From Lingula anatina (lineage: Eukaryota; Animalia; Brachiopoda): a stretch of 64,000 nucleotides of DNA. The notes below the pieces were generated by a model. The model saw only the letters and a list, made by a program, of their open reading frames with translations. It ran no database searches and was not told the origin of the DNA. The DNA lies in NCBI GenBank assembly GCA_051362555.1, contig CM120649.1, positions 3,968,001 through 4,032,000 of the forward strand. The letters run 5' to 3'. Below, piece after piece: positions 12,231 through 25,324 of the stretch (the stretch's first letter is position 1; each line of letters opens with the position of its first letter). The position numbers and the translations under genes are program-made.

Positions 12231-14976
12231 ATGAGGAGTTCGAAGATGAAAAGTATTCTACATCTTCTCTATATCACAGCGGTATTTTGGCAAGGCACTG
12301 TGCATGGTGTTTTGGTTGCTGCTCGTGCAAACAAAACCGTCATCAATTCCACGTACCCGCATAACGCTGTCATGAACGTCAGTGATACAACACACACTAC
12401 TTCGCAAGGAGAACAAATGATCCCCACCGGCCAGGTTAACGGAAAAACTGAAGAGTATACAGAGTCCAACACCCCACTCTTCACTTACCAAGATAAGTCT
12501 ACTGGTGGAAAGGGTTTCCCTTGGAACGCAACAACTGCCCTACCCACGTTACAGGAGACCATAAGCCAGAATGTGTCTGAAACCACATCACCACCAATAA
12601 CAAGCTCCATGCCAAGTCCCTGGAATGGTACAACCTTTAATTTAACTTTATCAAAAAACTTTTGCGCGACAGGCGGTTCTGGATTGGACTTTGTTCAGAT
12701 ATATTGCTACTGCGACGAATTCTGCAGTATTTTTGGGGATTGTTGTGAGCCATACCATCCTTGCGACAAAAATTCTACAGACTATAAGCACACTACGAGT
12801 CCCAATAAGATAGACATTGGACGAGAAAATATTGACTGCATATTACCTTCTCTTGACTCTAGATATTTGAAGTACTCGGACAAGGATTTCTATTGGATGG
12901 TATCGTCTTGTCCAAGCTCATGGCTAAATGAAGCAGTACGTGATAAATGTGAGAACATCACTGATGCCGATACCATTGACCGCCAACTGCCCGTATCTGA
13001 CCCCCTCACAAAAGTGACATTTCGAAACAAGGACTGTGCAATGTGCCACGGTTTTGAAAATTACGACAATTGGAATGGCATTGTACGCTGCAGGTGGGAT
13101 GTGACAAGTACTACATTGAGTGTCAGTACAATGACCAGTACGGCCGATGTGTTAAAAACCATTCGGGAGAACCGTAATTGCATGCTTTATTTCGTTTCAC
13201 CAATCACCAGCCCTGGTAGACCATGCGTGCCAAGTGGCGGGCCTCGTGGCGGAGTATTGAGGTGGATTACGGATAATGATTGCGTCGAAAATTCTGAACC
13301 TAAACACAAGGAACTTTGTTCATTCGGGCCGCAATTGTTAACTTATGTTCGTACAAGAAATTTTTTCATGAGAAATGTATTCTGTTGGAATTGCCTATAC
13401 AGCAGTGACGTCACAATGAGGGTGGAGCCGTGTCCTCCAGAAATAGGTGAGTTTCTGTGCCCTGTCTTTATCTTTAAGTCTTCTGAAGATGATATTATGA
13501 ATTATTTTTTCTTGCGAAAAAATCTTTTGCAAGTCTTTTGATCTGCTCCTTTGTGCGTGTGTGCGTTTTTGAATTTGTTTGTGGCAGAATTTTGTCCGGC
13601 AATCGAGGTTTCAATAGTTTCATAATATTTTGTACATATTGATAGACACGAAATCACGTGATCTGATTTTCATAAGGAACATGTCTATTGTTTATTCGTA
13701 AAAAGTTTTGATTTTTATCGTCCGTTAAAGAGGCTACGCGAATGCCTCAAAGACAGTGAATAATGGTCAGATAGAAACTTTTTAGAATTTCCTAGTAATG
13801 TAATTTAAGACAATGAATGGATAGGCCTATATTTACAGATATGTGTCAAAGCCTTCATTTCTGCTGGAAAAAGGAGTTTCAATGTCCATTGCTAAGCACC
13901 AGAGACCAATAAACAAGACATTTTGTTTTAAATTTTTTGTCAAATCTATTGTATTGAATTCTGTATTTTTTTTAATTTTGGATAAAATCTCATTTTAATG
14001 CCCAGGCTATAGATAGGCAATAGCGTGCATTATATTTAACTCTGGTGGGAGTATATCATACATGTATACCAATGGGAGGATGGTATGGGAGATTCTCAAT
14101 CCATGCACCGCCCCCCCCCCCCCCCCCCCCCCCCTGAAAAAAGTTCCCTCATTCTATGGTTGCGTTGTATATTTCGTCTTTTAAGTAGTTTTATTTTAAC
14201 ACCTATAAAAACAGGAAAAAAGTAACGTAGTCTGTTATACTTCTTAAAGCTATAATAACTTTTCGTTTTGGCTAAAAAATGAATTTTCCTGGAGTAAACA
14301 ACAATTTTCCCATACTTACCAATGGTTAATGAATCCATTTTTATATTCAAGTTAGTCCCTGTTTTTTTTTTCTTAAAAGTTTTTCTTTTTTTTTTTTTTT
14401 TTTTTTGTTATAATTTCTTAAGAGATTATAACAGAGTATAGCCATTAATATATACAAAAATAAAATAAAAAATAGCAGTTATTTTACCCCGACCGGTTTC
14501 ATCGCATCTCTAAGTGATGTCATCAATGGCAGAGACTCAATGCGGTGTCTCTTACAATGGATATTTGATTGTTGCTTTTACCAATGCTTTAGGATCTGCA
14601 ATTACCTGTTAAATGTAGGTTTAAACTTATTAATAAATAATGTTTCTTTAATTTCCCTTTCTGATTATATATATATTTAATTTTTGATAATGTACATACT
14701 ACGCTCTGTAACATTTTTTTTATTTAACCTTTCAACGGCGAAGTAGATAACTTCTATCTCCTTTTTACATTGGGATTTTTACTACTACTACCTTGGTATA
14801 ATAAAAAATCGCTGAGATAAACTTTGCTAGCAGAGGTGAATTATTCAACTTTATCGTTTAATCTGCAGGCAGTGAAAACACTCTTTATCCAGCGGGTTTC
14901 CTTATGGTCATGAATTTGTCATCAAATCCGAAGTACTGTAGCCAAGAGAATAGTCAGGAAAGTAACATCCAGCCTG

Positions 14977-15018
<42 letters not shown>

Positions 15019-16592
15019 ATATATATATGTATTGCTTATGATCGATATACAAGGCAGATTGTCATTTGAGACCACCACTTGTCAGGCTGCTAATTAACAT
15101 AAAGCCCCTGTCACGCATAGCATTTAGCACCAACACATGAAAAAATTAACTCTTACGCAGACAAACGCAGGGGCATCGTTACACCTACGTCGTATATGTT
15201 CACGTTTACAGGAAAACATTGATGTACGTTCCCATTAACAGGGGCAGATTTAGGCTGTCTTCTGGGTCTTCCGGAAGACAGTCAGATTTTCAAGTTTACT
15301 TTGACGGGTATCTGATTTTTTTCTGTCGGGAAACGGTCAAAAATGGAGAATGGATCAACAAAGATAATTTGGAAGACTGTCAGAAAATATCCCTGGACCC
15401 CCCCCCCCCCCCCCCCCCCCCCCGGCATCCGGAGAGGGACGCTTAACATACCTGTCAGTTTTGCTCTAATATGCGCAGCGTAATGATAACGTATATGCAA
15501 CGTGCATCCGCCAAACTTCTAACGTATGAGAAGTCGGCCAAATTTCGAACATCATACTTGAGTTTGTCTTACTCTTTTAATAGGTATGTCATATTATTTA
15601 AGTCGGTTTAGATCAAGGAAACATAAATTATGTTTAGCGTCAATCTAGCGAATTTTTCACATTCCCAGCGTATGCCTAACAGTTCCCAAGGCCCCACTGA
15701 GCTGGGTAGATAAAAGTGGGTAGATAAAAGCCGCTTTTGTAAATAACTAATGAGCAAATGTTGGTTTATTTTATTTTATTATAATCTTTATTTTTACTTT
15801 TATGATAGATTTTGGAAGAATGCGAAAAGACGAAAGTAAGCTGTACGGCACCTTTTCTGTTTTCTGTTGAGTTTGTGTTTGACGTTTGAATATATGCTTC
15901 TTTTGAAAGTGGCTTCTCTATAATCATAATCAGTTGCTCTACATTCCACAACTTGTTAAATTTTATTACAGGACATCTGCAGCAACGGAAACGCCCAATG
16001 TACAAATCCAATATCATCGATCTTCAATATGGATTTCACTTTGAAACTGGCGCTTATTTCCAGTGGTCCCGTTCATTTGTCTCAAGTTGGTGGAGTTTGT
16101 CGAGTTTTCCGTCACGATAGAACAGAGCTGTTTCCGGCCGCCGTCATGTCTGCAATACAGAGCAGGGAATGGGGTTTTCTGGTTGGCACACTCTCCTCCT
16201 GCACAGAGCTGCCAGTGATTGACACTGGGAAAGAATGCCCCGGTTCTGGTGCTATAGCAATGCGCCTCATGCCGATGAGATTGCAGAAAAAGATAAGGTG
16301 TTATCGCGAGGGCTTGGAAGTATTTGAATCTTTTAGAGATAGCGTGGACATTGAGCTACGTACAAATCTCAAATTTGTAACATTTAATAATGCCACTTAT
16401 CAGGTTGTTGTTGTTCGCGATGAAGAAAAAACCTGCATCAGTGGTAAAAAAACAAATGCGGAAGGTCCGACAGGGGATACACATGGAAATGACAAGGTTT
16501 CTCGTAGTAACCAATCTTTCATGCCATGGGCATATGCAGCGTGTGCTTTTGGAGTCTTTGTGAGCATAAGCATGTTTACTCCAAGTGGCTGA
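12231..16592 (+). CDS. Cell-surface protein: signal peptide, Thr/Ser-rich mucin-like stretch, somatomedin-B-like domain, Cys-rich region, C-terminal hydrophobic (GPI/TM) tail
   Basis: Exon 1 12231-13446 (donor GTGAGT) contains CYCDEFCSIFGDCC and YWMVSSCP..LPVSD..TFRNKDCAMCHG. Probable middle exon from 14869 (donor unresolved). Last exon 15972-16592 ends WAYAACAFGVFVSISMFTPSG*. Confidence 0.75.
14248..14444 (+). mobile_element. Truncated copy of the TTAA MITE at 62904-63244
   Basis: Shares AAAAAATGAATTTTCCTGGAGTAAACAACAATTTTCCCATACTTACCAATGGTTAATGAATCCATTTT and flanks; preceded by TTAA. Confidence 0.8.
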
Positions 16593-18575
16593 GATGCACA
16601 CGGTTAAAAACACACTGTCGATTTCGGCATAAATCCCTTACTTGAGTAGAACGGTGACCGAGTCGCTGCGAGTCAGCTACATACTTGAAATGGTTCACTG
16701 CGTTTATCATTATATTATAAACGTTCTATACGTTGTAAGTGAACTTAATGTATAGTGAAATATTTAATTTGAAAGTGGCAAACTTTTACATTCATCATTG
16801 CTCTTTTCCCTGAGACACTGGCGTATATGCATAATTTAAATATTTCATGGAATACAATTGATTTTGAGATAATGGGAAATGCATATGTGAAGATAAACAA
16901 TAATTTGAGAAAATGTGTTCAATAATATTTAATAATAGAATTTTTGAAAAAGAACACTTTTGTTTGCTTACACAATAGTTACTCTAGCTAGTTACATTAA
17001 ACAGCAATAACAGTAAACCCACAAAGTACTGACACTTCTTTGAAATAAAATACGTTCCAATTTCTTTGGTCTTATCCACGCAGCAAACGTGTATGTTATA
17101 ATATATTCACTGCTTTTTCTAGAGAAAAATTTCCCACCTTGGGGCATAATCTTAGGGAATTTATCAAAATAATAAGTGGCCTGTATATTCCCAATCCTGT
17201 TGTCATATTACTACGGATTTACATATAACATGAAATTTTTTTCAAATAATTTTTCTGAGATTTTTTTCTACTTTACCGAAATATAAGTGAAAACAAGGAT
17301 TTAATCGTGTCATACCAACTTTGAATAATCTATTCAGTATCTGTGACATCAGTTCTCTAATTGAACTCACCTTATTAAGCAAACAAAAGTACATGGCTCA
17401 TTCTAAGCCATACAACAGCCATTAAAGGCGTAATTTCGATCCCCATATTTGCCCCCTCTTTGGCACCAACGTGGATTCCGCCCCAAATACAGACGCCCCC
17501 CCCCCCCCGCACCCCCTCCCCCCCCCTCCCCCCTCCTCGATGCAAATCGCTATACGCTTAGCCGTAGACCTCTTCGAGATGCAAGTGAGTTCTACATGTA
17601 TTTTGACAACCTACAGGTCATATCAACCACAGCTGAAATCAGACTTAACAAGTAAATACATACGATTCTAGTGCTGTGCCCAGAAACGGCGATGGTTCCC
17701 AACTCACTGAAGAAATAGAGGAGGATGTTGCGCTGTTCGCAAGGAGTTCCTCAGAGGTTGCCTGGCATAGTAATCTGCTACAACCAGCCCAGGCCAGGTG
17801 GTCCAGGTGGTCACAAAGCGCCTTGAAAAACACTGAGTGATGGCAGTTCGTACCACAGTCTGAGGGGAACGGGTTGTCTTGGCTTAATTGCAGCAGCAAA
17901 ACCGACCGAACAATGGAGTCCGTTTCCTGCATGTTGGTAAGTTGTAGATACCCTAGGTGTGGTCTCTGTGTAGATACCCCAATCTGGGCATACCTATGAC
18001 CGACTGTGGAAAGCGTTCCTTGCGGCACAATTATCTGCTTGGCACTGTCTCCTGTTTTGCACCTTTCTGTCACAGAGCAATAATGCTATAACACACTGCT
18101 AGTAACTGTAATGATCTATGTTGAGCTTTTATATAACTGGTTTTTAAGCAATGTAGCGGCTGATGCATGTGTGATGCCATTTTGCAACGAGAGCCGATAT
18201 TGGGGTAAAAAATATAAATTAACATTATCAAACTGCAGCAGACCAAATTTTTGTTAAAAGATTCCCTCAAGAAACTGATTAAAGAACATTGGGTCATGAC
18301 ATGATTTTTGTATCACTTTACGCATTGCGTTAGGGGTGACACATTTTGGTAGGGGAGTATATATAAGCATGTAGTGAGACAATTGTATTCCAGCACAGTA
18401 ATAACAGTAAAAGTGCCGTGTTCGGATATTTCTTTGAATTCAAATACCTAAAATATATACAATCACTTCAACAATATCTTGACCCTAAGGTAAATATACA
18501 CACTGATAAATCATTTAAACATGCAGTGCTTAAAATACATCTTAGAATCATTTGTTTGTCCTCATTGTAAACACT

Positions 18576-18686
18576 TCATTGAGCAGGTTTCTCGGTTATT
18601 GTTCGAAAGACATGTCTCTTAGGAGAACGTTCATCTAAAAATGGACCTTTCCCCCTCATACTTGCATAGATTATGTCAGTGAAATC
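18576..18686 (-). pseudogene. Diverged duplicate of the last 37 codons of the GAL3ST gene
   Basis: Translates DFTDIIYASMRGKGPFLDERSPKRHVFRTITEKPAQ* versus DFTDIIYASMREKGQLLDERSPKKHFLRTITERPRE*; offset 170 bp. Confidence 0.8.
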
Positions 18687-18745
18687 ATGTCTTTTCATCC
18701 TCAATTTTTGTGATCATCGTTGCCAGAGGGCATATTTCGCTTACC

Positions 18746-20005
18746 TTATTCCCTAGGCCTCTCTGTAATTGTTCGTAAGAAATGCTTTTTCGGAGAACGT
18801 TCATCTAAAAGTTGACCTTTCTCCCTCATACTTGCATAGATAATATCAGTGAAATCTTGGCCGAACAATGACATCTGAACACATTTTTCTATTTTGGAAC
18901 CTGCTTTGCTGAGTTTTGGTAAAGTCACTTCTCGGTCCGTCGTCGGGTGCCCCGGTATTCGACGTTTCAATTCTAAAACTTTGTTCTTGTCAAAGCACAC
19001 ACGATCCCAGTACGTGTTGAGCTTCCGAAGCTGTTCTACTTCTTCACTGAGTCTAACAAGACCAAACTGCTCAGCCTTTCTCCAAAATGTTCGGTTAAAA
19101 TGGTCGTAAAGTTTTCGATCACCTGCACTCCATTTGTTGATTTTGGCAATATTGTCTAAAGTAAGGCGTACTCGTCTTTTGGGACGAGCATTGGTTCTGA
19201 CACTGACAATTTCAGCAAAAGACCAATTTAATAAATGTTTCAAAAGTACCAAGGACTCGTCAAAATATTCAGTTATCATAACAAAGTCAAAATTTTCTTC
19301 AATTTCTAAAATCTTTTCATAAATGGCACTGAAGTTGTCAGACAGAGTAATATCTAGACCAAAATCTGTCAAAAATGTATTTTTCAAACTGACGGATAAG
19401 TTTAAAATGTTGTTGTATATTTCTGGCTTTTCGAAAAACCTTTCTATCCCGTCGGAGTCTTTAAATCCAAGGATTTCACTTATATCGAGAAAAGAGAAAA
19501 GTGACTCAAACGTGCTGATTGGGTCCCTAAGAATGGTGAAGTAAATACTGTTTGATGGCATTACCTTTTTAATATCTTGACTGAAACGTGTATGGTGACA
19601 TAAAATGTTGAACAACCCAGATGCACTGCGTAGAATGAAAGATGGACTGAAGAGATCAGGAAATTGTCCCACTTTGTACAAATTCTTTTTTGCGCCTAGC
19701 ATAAAGACCAAATCTCTGGCGTAGCCAAAACGCATTAAAATATTTTGCACTGTACTTCCTGCCACCTTTTGTGTTTTAAAAAAAACCAAGTTTGTAACAG
19801 CTTTCCCGGTGTCTGAGTTTTCTGTGATGTTAGATAAATAGAAATAAGACAAGTCCTGTTTCGAAGAAAATGGAGAATGATGGCTGTTATTAGTACAACA
19901 CGATAATCTCGTTTCGAAGACATCTCTGACTGCATAGTACAATGTTATCCACATTAGCAAAGTTGTTACGGCAAATTTCCATAAGCCTAGATATTTAGCC
20001 ATCAT
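18746..20005 (-). CDS. Galactose-3-O-sulfotransferase (GAL3ST) family, single coding exon
   Basis: 419-aa ORF with N-terminal type II TM anchor, VFFKTQKVAGSTVQNILMRFG (5'-PSB loop), FNILCHH, YFTILRDP..FES (3'-PB), EYFDESLVLLK, LYDHFNRTFW. Confidence 0.93.
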   Translation of the reverse strand: MMAKYLGLWKFAVTTLLMWITLYYAVRDVFETRLSCCTNNSHHSPFSSKQDLSYFYLSNITENSDTGKAVTNLVFFKTQKVAGSTVQNILMRFGYARDLVFMLGAKKNLYKVGQFPDLFSPSFILRSASGLFNILCHHTRFSQDIKKVMPSNSIYFTILRDPISTFESLFSFLDISEILGFKDSDGIERFFEKPEIYNNILNLSVSLKNTFLTDFGLDITLSDNFSAIYEKILEIEENFDFVMITEYFDESLVLLKHLLNWSFAEIVSVRTNARPKRRVRLTLDNIAKINKWSAGDRKLYDHFNRTFWRKAEQFGLVRLSEEVEQLRKLNTYWDRVCFDKNKVLELKRRIPGHPTTDREVTLPKLSKAGSKIEKCVQMSLFGQDFTDIIYASMREKGQLLDERSPKKHFLRTITERPRE

Positions 20006-22336
20006 ATTGTTATGTCTGTTTAAAGTTTATAAAGTTTATTGCCATTTCTCGAATTCAAAAGTCTTGTTTTCTCTGAAATAAAGGTTTTCTTTCTATAGGA
20101 AGACTGCATATACATACACTAGGATCATGTTGAAAATACAGAGAAGAAAATGAAAATTCCATCTTCAGTACAACGCTATGTCATTGAACTTTTATTCCAA
20201 TTCTCCTTTTATTCTCCACTCTTAAAACTGATCAGTTAAACCTAACCGAAAATACGTTTAATATTGAGCAAATCACTCTGGCCAATATACATCCGACTTT
20301 ATATTTAATTGACCTAACTGTATCAAAATCAGTTGGCCTTTTAACTTATTCAAACGGTTTAAATTTCGGTTACTTTTAAACGATACATTCAGCTAGATAT
20401 AACGACTTCAATTATAACCGCTTAAAGACGGTTGCTTTCTTAACATATTTGATTGGTTCAAAACAATCTACTGGATTCAATTATAATCTACCTATTGAGA
20501 TAATATTTCACTAATTAAATGAGTTTAAATACTTAAGGTACATTATAAAAGATAACGTGAAATGAGAAGAGTGTGTTACAGAGCAAGTAGAGAGAGAGCA
20601 GACGTCTAACATGTTCCGAATCAAGTTCATTTTCTAATGTCATAGAGAAAATTAAAGTATTTAAATGAATCATTAAGATAAAAATTGCAGATTTTGAGCA
20701 AGAAAAACTGACACCCTTTGTTATGAGGTCTGTATATTTACATATATTATTTAAATAAACAAAGTTTTAAAATTCGAATTACTTGTGTAGTGTGCATTTT
20801 ATCTTTTAGGCATTGTAGGCTTGATTATAAAGAAAACCTGTCACATCTGGCAAAATTTGGTGCTACATTCCCATGGCGTGACTATGCCTTTTATGTGCTA
20901 CGTGCAAGTTCTAAAATTACGTTGTTAAATGTATTATTAACTTGTTTCAGGATCATATTCAAATAGTCATATTTCTATTTAATTGAGTCCGTTCTCAAAT
21001 CTTATTAATATTTCTTCATCTGGAAGACTTGGATGACAAGTATGAACAATAATAATGATATCTAGTTCTGTATTTGTGTGAAATCAATGACAAGTCTCAC
21101 GACAAATTTGAGCAAACTAATCAATACCATCGGCGTGACTGACCTATAGGGTTACAAGTCCTACATTATCATCATCATTTATTAACATGTCATGTGCATA
21201 GAACACCCATAAAGACACCTGCTGCATGCATTTTTTTCTGTCTTAGATCAAAAATTGCTAATTGTCTCAAATTTTCCCATTAGATCTTCTATACAAATTT
21301 TATTTATATTATTAATTTGGATAGCTTTTCATAAAATGTATATCTTTCCTCTACGTAAGCAGTGCACCGAAGTAAGAAATGATCGACTCTCATCTTGTTG
21401 TTCCTTTTTGCATAGTTGGCATACTCTTTCATTAATAGGCGTGTTTGTATAACGTCCAGTTTCTACATGTTAAGGTAAAAATGCCCATCCGCAGTCATGT
21501 TAAAAATGCTTTTTCTTTCCTGTTTCAGTCTTTGTTTAAATATTTTTTAGTTTTTAGCTCTTTTTTAAAATACCATATATGTTCGGAGTTAAGGGATTTC
21601 AAAATGTTTTTTCTTTTCATTTAATTTGGAAGTTTTCATAGAAGAGACATTTCATGCATTCTATATCAACAATTGATTTGTTCAAAAATGAATTTTCATA
21701 TCACAGAATTTGAGGGCCTCGGTGCACCAATTTTTCCCTAATTTATAATCTTCAAAAAATAATTGTTTGACGAGTTTTTCATTTTGGGTGAGTACTAAAG
21801 TGTTCCAAAGTCTGAGTATGTTTTGCTATCTGCTAAATTTTAGTGGTATCCAACCTGAGTCCCCATACAGACTAATTTTTGATACAAACAGGTGAACTCC
21901 TAAATAGTATCTAAACGCTTTAGACATAACCTTTCCACAGCTTATATTTTCTGAAAATCCCCAAACTCTCGACCTACACTCTAAAATTCGAGCCACACGG
22001 CTATTAAACAATTTTTGGTATTGGTGTACAATCTCATTTGATCAACTTATTTTGTGATTTTGCTATAATTGTAAATCATACTCGTGCGACTGCATGGTCA
22101 CTTTGTCATATCGTGTGTCTGTTTATACATGTATTGTCTGTCGCTTATAACATAATAATGATGTGAAGAAAAAAAAACACGAAGATGTACTTATGCTTTG
22201 CAGAAACTTTAAATATCTACAAGACCAAACTACTGTGAAAGCTGCCTGCGTAGCCTAGTGTTTTTTTTTCTTTTTTTTCTGCAAGAGTGAAAATTTTCTC
22301 CTGACTCATAGCCTTAAATATATGACTCTGTGTGAC

Positions 22337-22497
22337 TAATGCTGTTATTGTGACTAGTAGTTGCTCCTCTAACACAATACTGCCATTGTGAATAGTAGTT
22401 GCACCTCTAACACAATGCTGTTATTGTTAGAGATGCTACTACTTGTCACAATAACAACATTGTGATGGAGGTGCAACTAACACAATGCTGTTATTGG
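22337..22497. repeat. Mixed direct and inverted ~38-bp repeat cluster
   Basis: TAACACAATGCTGTTATTGTGA.TAGTAGTTGC.CCTC units in tandem, then reverse-complement units (..CACAATAACAACATTGTGATGGAGGTGCAACTA), then a direct unit again. Confidence 0.75.
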
Positions 22498-22840
22498 TCC
22501 TAAAGCTGCATGTGCCTCATTCTAGGGTGTTTGAGCGAGATTTAAACTATACGTTTATTAGGAACAGGACGGTATATTTACTGGTAGGGAAGGACTGTGT
22601 ATCAAATTTTGGACGCTGTTTCGTGTAAATTGCATATATTAACTCTTTACGTTATTATACTTATGTTCAGAGGTCCTTGTCTAGCTACCAGTCCAGATGA
22701 ATCAATATTGTAGGCTGTTTACGCTGTATACGCTAATAATCTATTCACATATGCTTGTGATACTGCATGTAGAAAACTAAGAGATGTCAAAGTGTAAGTT
22801 TTTGTTTGTATTTAGTTAAAAGAAAATCTTTTTTATATAT

Positions 22841-23132
22841 CTCGCACGAAAACGAAGTAGATACTCCAGCGCAGTAGACTACTGCAATCATACTGCAAAC
22901 ATGCTTCAAATCTGCTTCGATTGGGGAGCTCATTAGCATATTTGAAACATGCTTCTATCATGCTGCTAATCTACTGCATTAATGCTCCTCCTCTGTACAA
23001 CCCTATGTAATTTTTGAAGTAGAATTGCAGTAGGCTATACTGCATTTCTACTGCAAATATGCTCCACACCACTACTGCGTTAATGCTTCTTTGCTACTTC
23101 GATACTTCGATACTACTGCATTTTCGTGCGGG
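22841..23132. mobile_element. MITE-like element with ~20-bp TIRs and internal CTACTGC repeats
   Basis: CTCGCACGAAAACGAAGTAG versus CTACTGCATTTTCGTGCGGG; many internal (C)TACTGC motifs. Confidence 0.6.
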
Positions 23133-25265
23133 TATCCACCACTACTTACCTAATTATCCAATGTCAAAATTTTTGTTCAAAGAAAACCTTATTATATTCG
23201 ACATGTGCTTATAAAAAGACAAAACCACGCAAAAACTGTTTACAATTCCGCAAGCCATTGTAAATTTAAGCATGGTTTATGCCATAAATCAGCTGTAAAA
23301 TCATCAACATAAATCAAAACATGGAGCTTGAATTAATAATAATGGGGTGTTTGCTGTAGTGAATTTTGACCTCACTGTGAAGGTTTTACCAGACATTGAC
23401 AAATGTAGGACAATCATTTGGTTCGTAATGAGCACACATCCACCAGTATAACTACCAGTTTCTTATAATGTCGCATTATAATAAAAAATACATTAAAGAC
23501 ATGAGCCCCGCACAATTTTGGTAAAAACTTTCAAATATTCATGTAATCTATATTCATATGGTTGATTCGCGCCTTTCGAGTCAGCAGACCTACGTGTATG
23601 CCTAAAGCATGTTTGAAGTGCAACTTGCAGATGAGGGTGTGGCGGAAGCAGGAATTTTGACTGGGGTATGGAATGGCTCAAGGATAAAAAGTTTCAATAA
23701 ATCTCAAACAGCGAGAGAATGACATGTGTCCGCTGCACCCTGTGCCTAAACAGAGACAATAACACAATGCGTAAGGACTTGTTTATGACATTGTCGTTAA
23801 TAGCTAATCAGTTGCTTATGGGTACAAATCACGTTTGATTAACCGAATAACATTGCACGTGTCCACTCAACTCAAAACATTGATTGATTTCTTTGACTGA
23901 TTTTTTGATTGAATTTCTAGGTTAGTCATGGGTATGCAGCTTCCTGGTGGTCCACTGTGATGAATTATGCGTATAAAGGGAAATCAGATGATGGCATGAT
24001 TCAGTATGAAAGAGAGAGAGAGGGGGGGGGGGAGGAGAGAGAGAGAGGGATATCTTGATTTGCATTCACGGATTATCTATAGCATCTAGTTTCTGTCATA
24101 AACTATGCGCAGAACGTAATCATGAGAGTGCTTACTATGTTTAGCTTACTCTTAGATGGATCGAACGGGTATCAATTTGGGTGAATTGGAGTTAGGATCA
24201 CTCAATCACTCACATGGCACACGTGTTAAAAGCACTTGAAATTTACCGTTATAATATCCACAGATCGCAGGATCCTTGACACCAAATCTGAAAACACCTT
24301 CAATCTGCAAAGAATGGAAGAATATGCTCATGTCTCCAGAGACAGATTAGAGACCGACAGAGATGCCCTAGAGAAGTAATTACTGAAAACTTACTGTGCT
24401 GATAAGTTTGGCGTACGCTGATTGCTGGGTGCTGCGTTCACATTTCACTGACCAAGACCGAATGTTTTCGAACTGACTGACGCCAACTGCTTATTTGTAT
24501 TTTTTTCACAGCCATGAGCAGATCCCAGCCATGAGATGACACTAATGCATTACAAGAAGTACAGGCGGGCAATAAAGAATCAATCAATCAATCTACCTTT
24601 GTAAATGTCGAATGACCAAGCGCAATATCTGATTAACAATCAGCCTCCATAATTCGCTTTGCGTCACAAATTAAATCAGCTTTCAAAGTGTTCGATTTCT
24701 GGTGTCATTAGTCCTTTTTAACAGTAATTAGTCTACGCAAACGTCAATACTGACTATCACTTGATTCCCAAAAGGGCTACATGTCCGGAACTTCCCCAAA
24801 ATCCTCCAGACGTAATTTTACCTTCGAGGTGTTTCTCCAGCACGTTAAGCAACCTCGTTACATACAATCCTTTACTTTACTTCACACCATCACAATACGG
24901 TGTCCTGCATCGTGATTTAGTCCAATTTTGGATTCTGACGACAATGTACTGATACGTCACAACGTTAACGGCGTCTAGTTGAGAATATGTTGTCACAAAG
25001 CCAGCTAAGAATCATAGCCCACTAAACCGAGGCAAACACAAGATCTAATGAGTCCTTTTTGTCAGTCACAAAAACAACACCCGCACACCACGTCCTCAAT
25101 ATCTAGTTTATTCATTGATGTGACTGAAGTCTATTTTAATAATATATACATCAAGCTGCATGGGCTTTTAGTAGGTGACTTCAATTGATTGCGAATAAAG
25201 GATCACAAATGTTAATATTGCCCGTATATTACATGTATAGGCGATGGAGCCATTTTTCGAATCAA

Positions 25266-25324
25266 TATAATATAATATAATATAATATAATATAATATAA
25301 TATAATATAATATAATATAATATA
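25266..25324. repeat. (ATATA)n microsatellite
   Basis: Read directly from the sequence. Confidence 0.95.

Noticed and set aside
17645-18073. 142-aa minus-strand ORF
   Set aside because: GTG start and no recognisable domain; not called as a gene.
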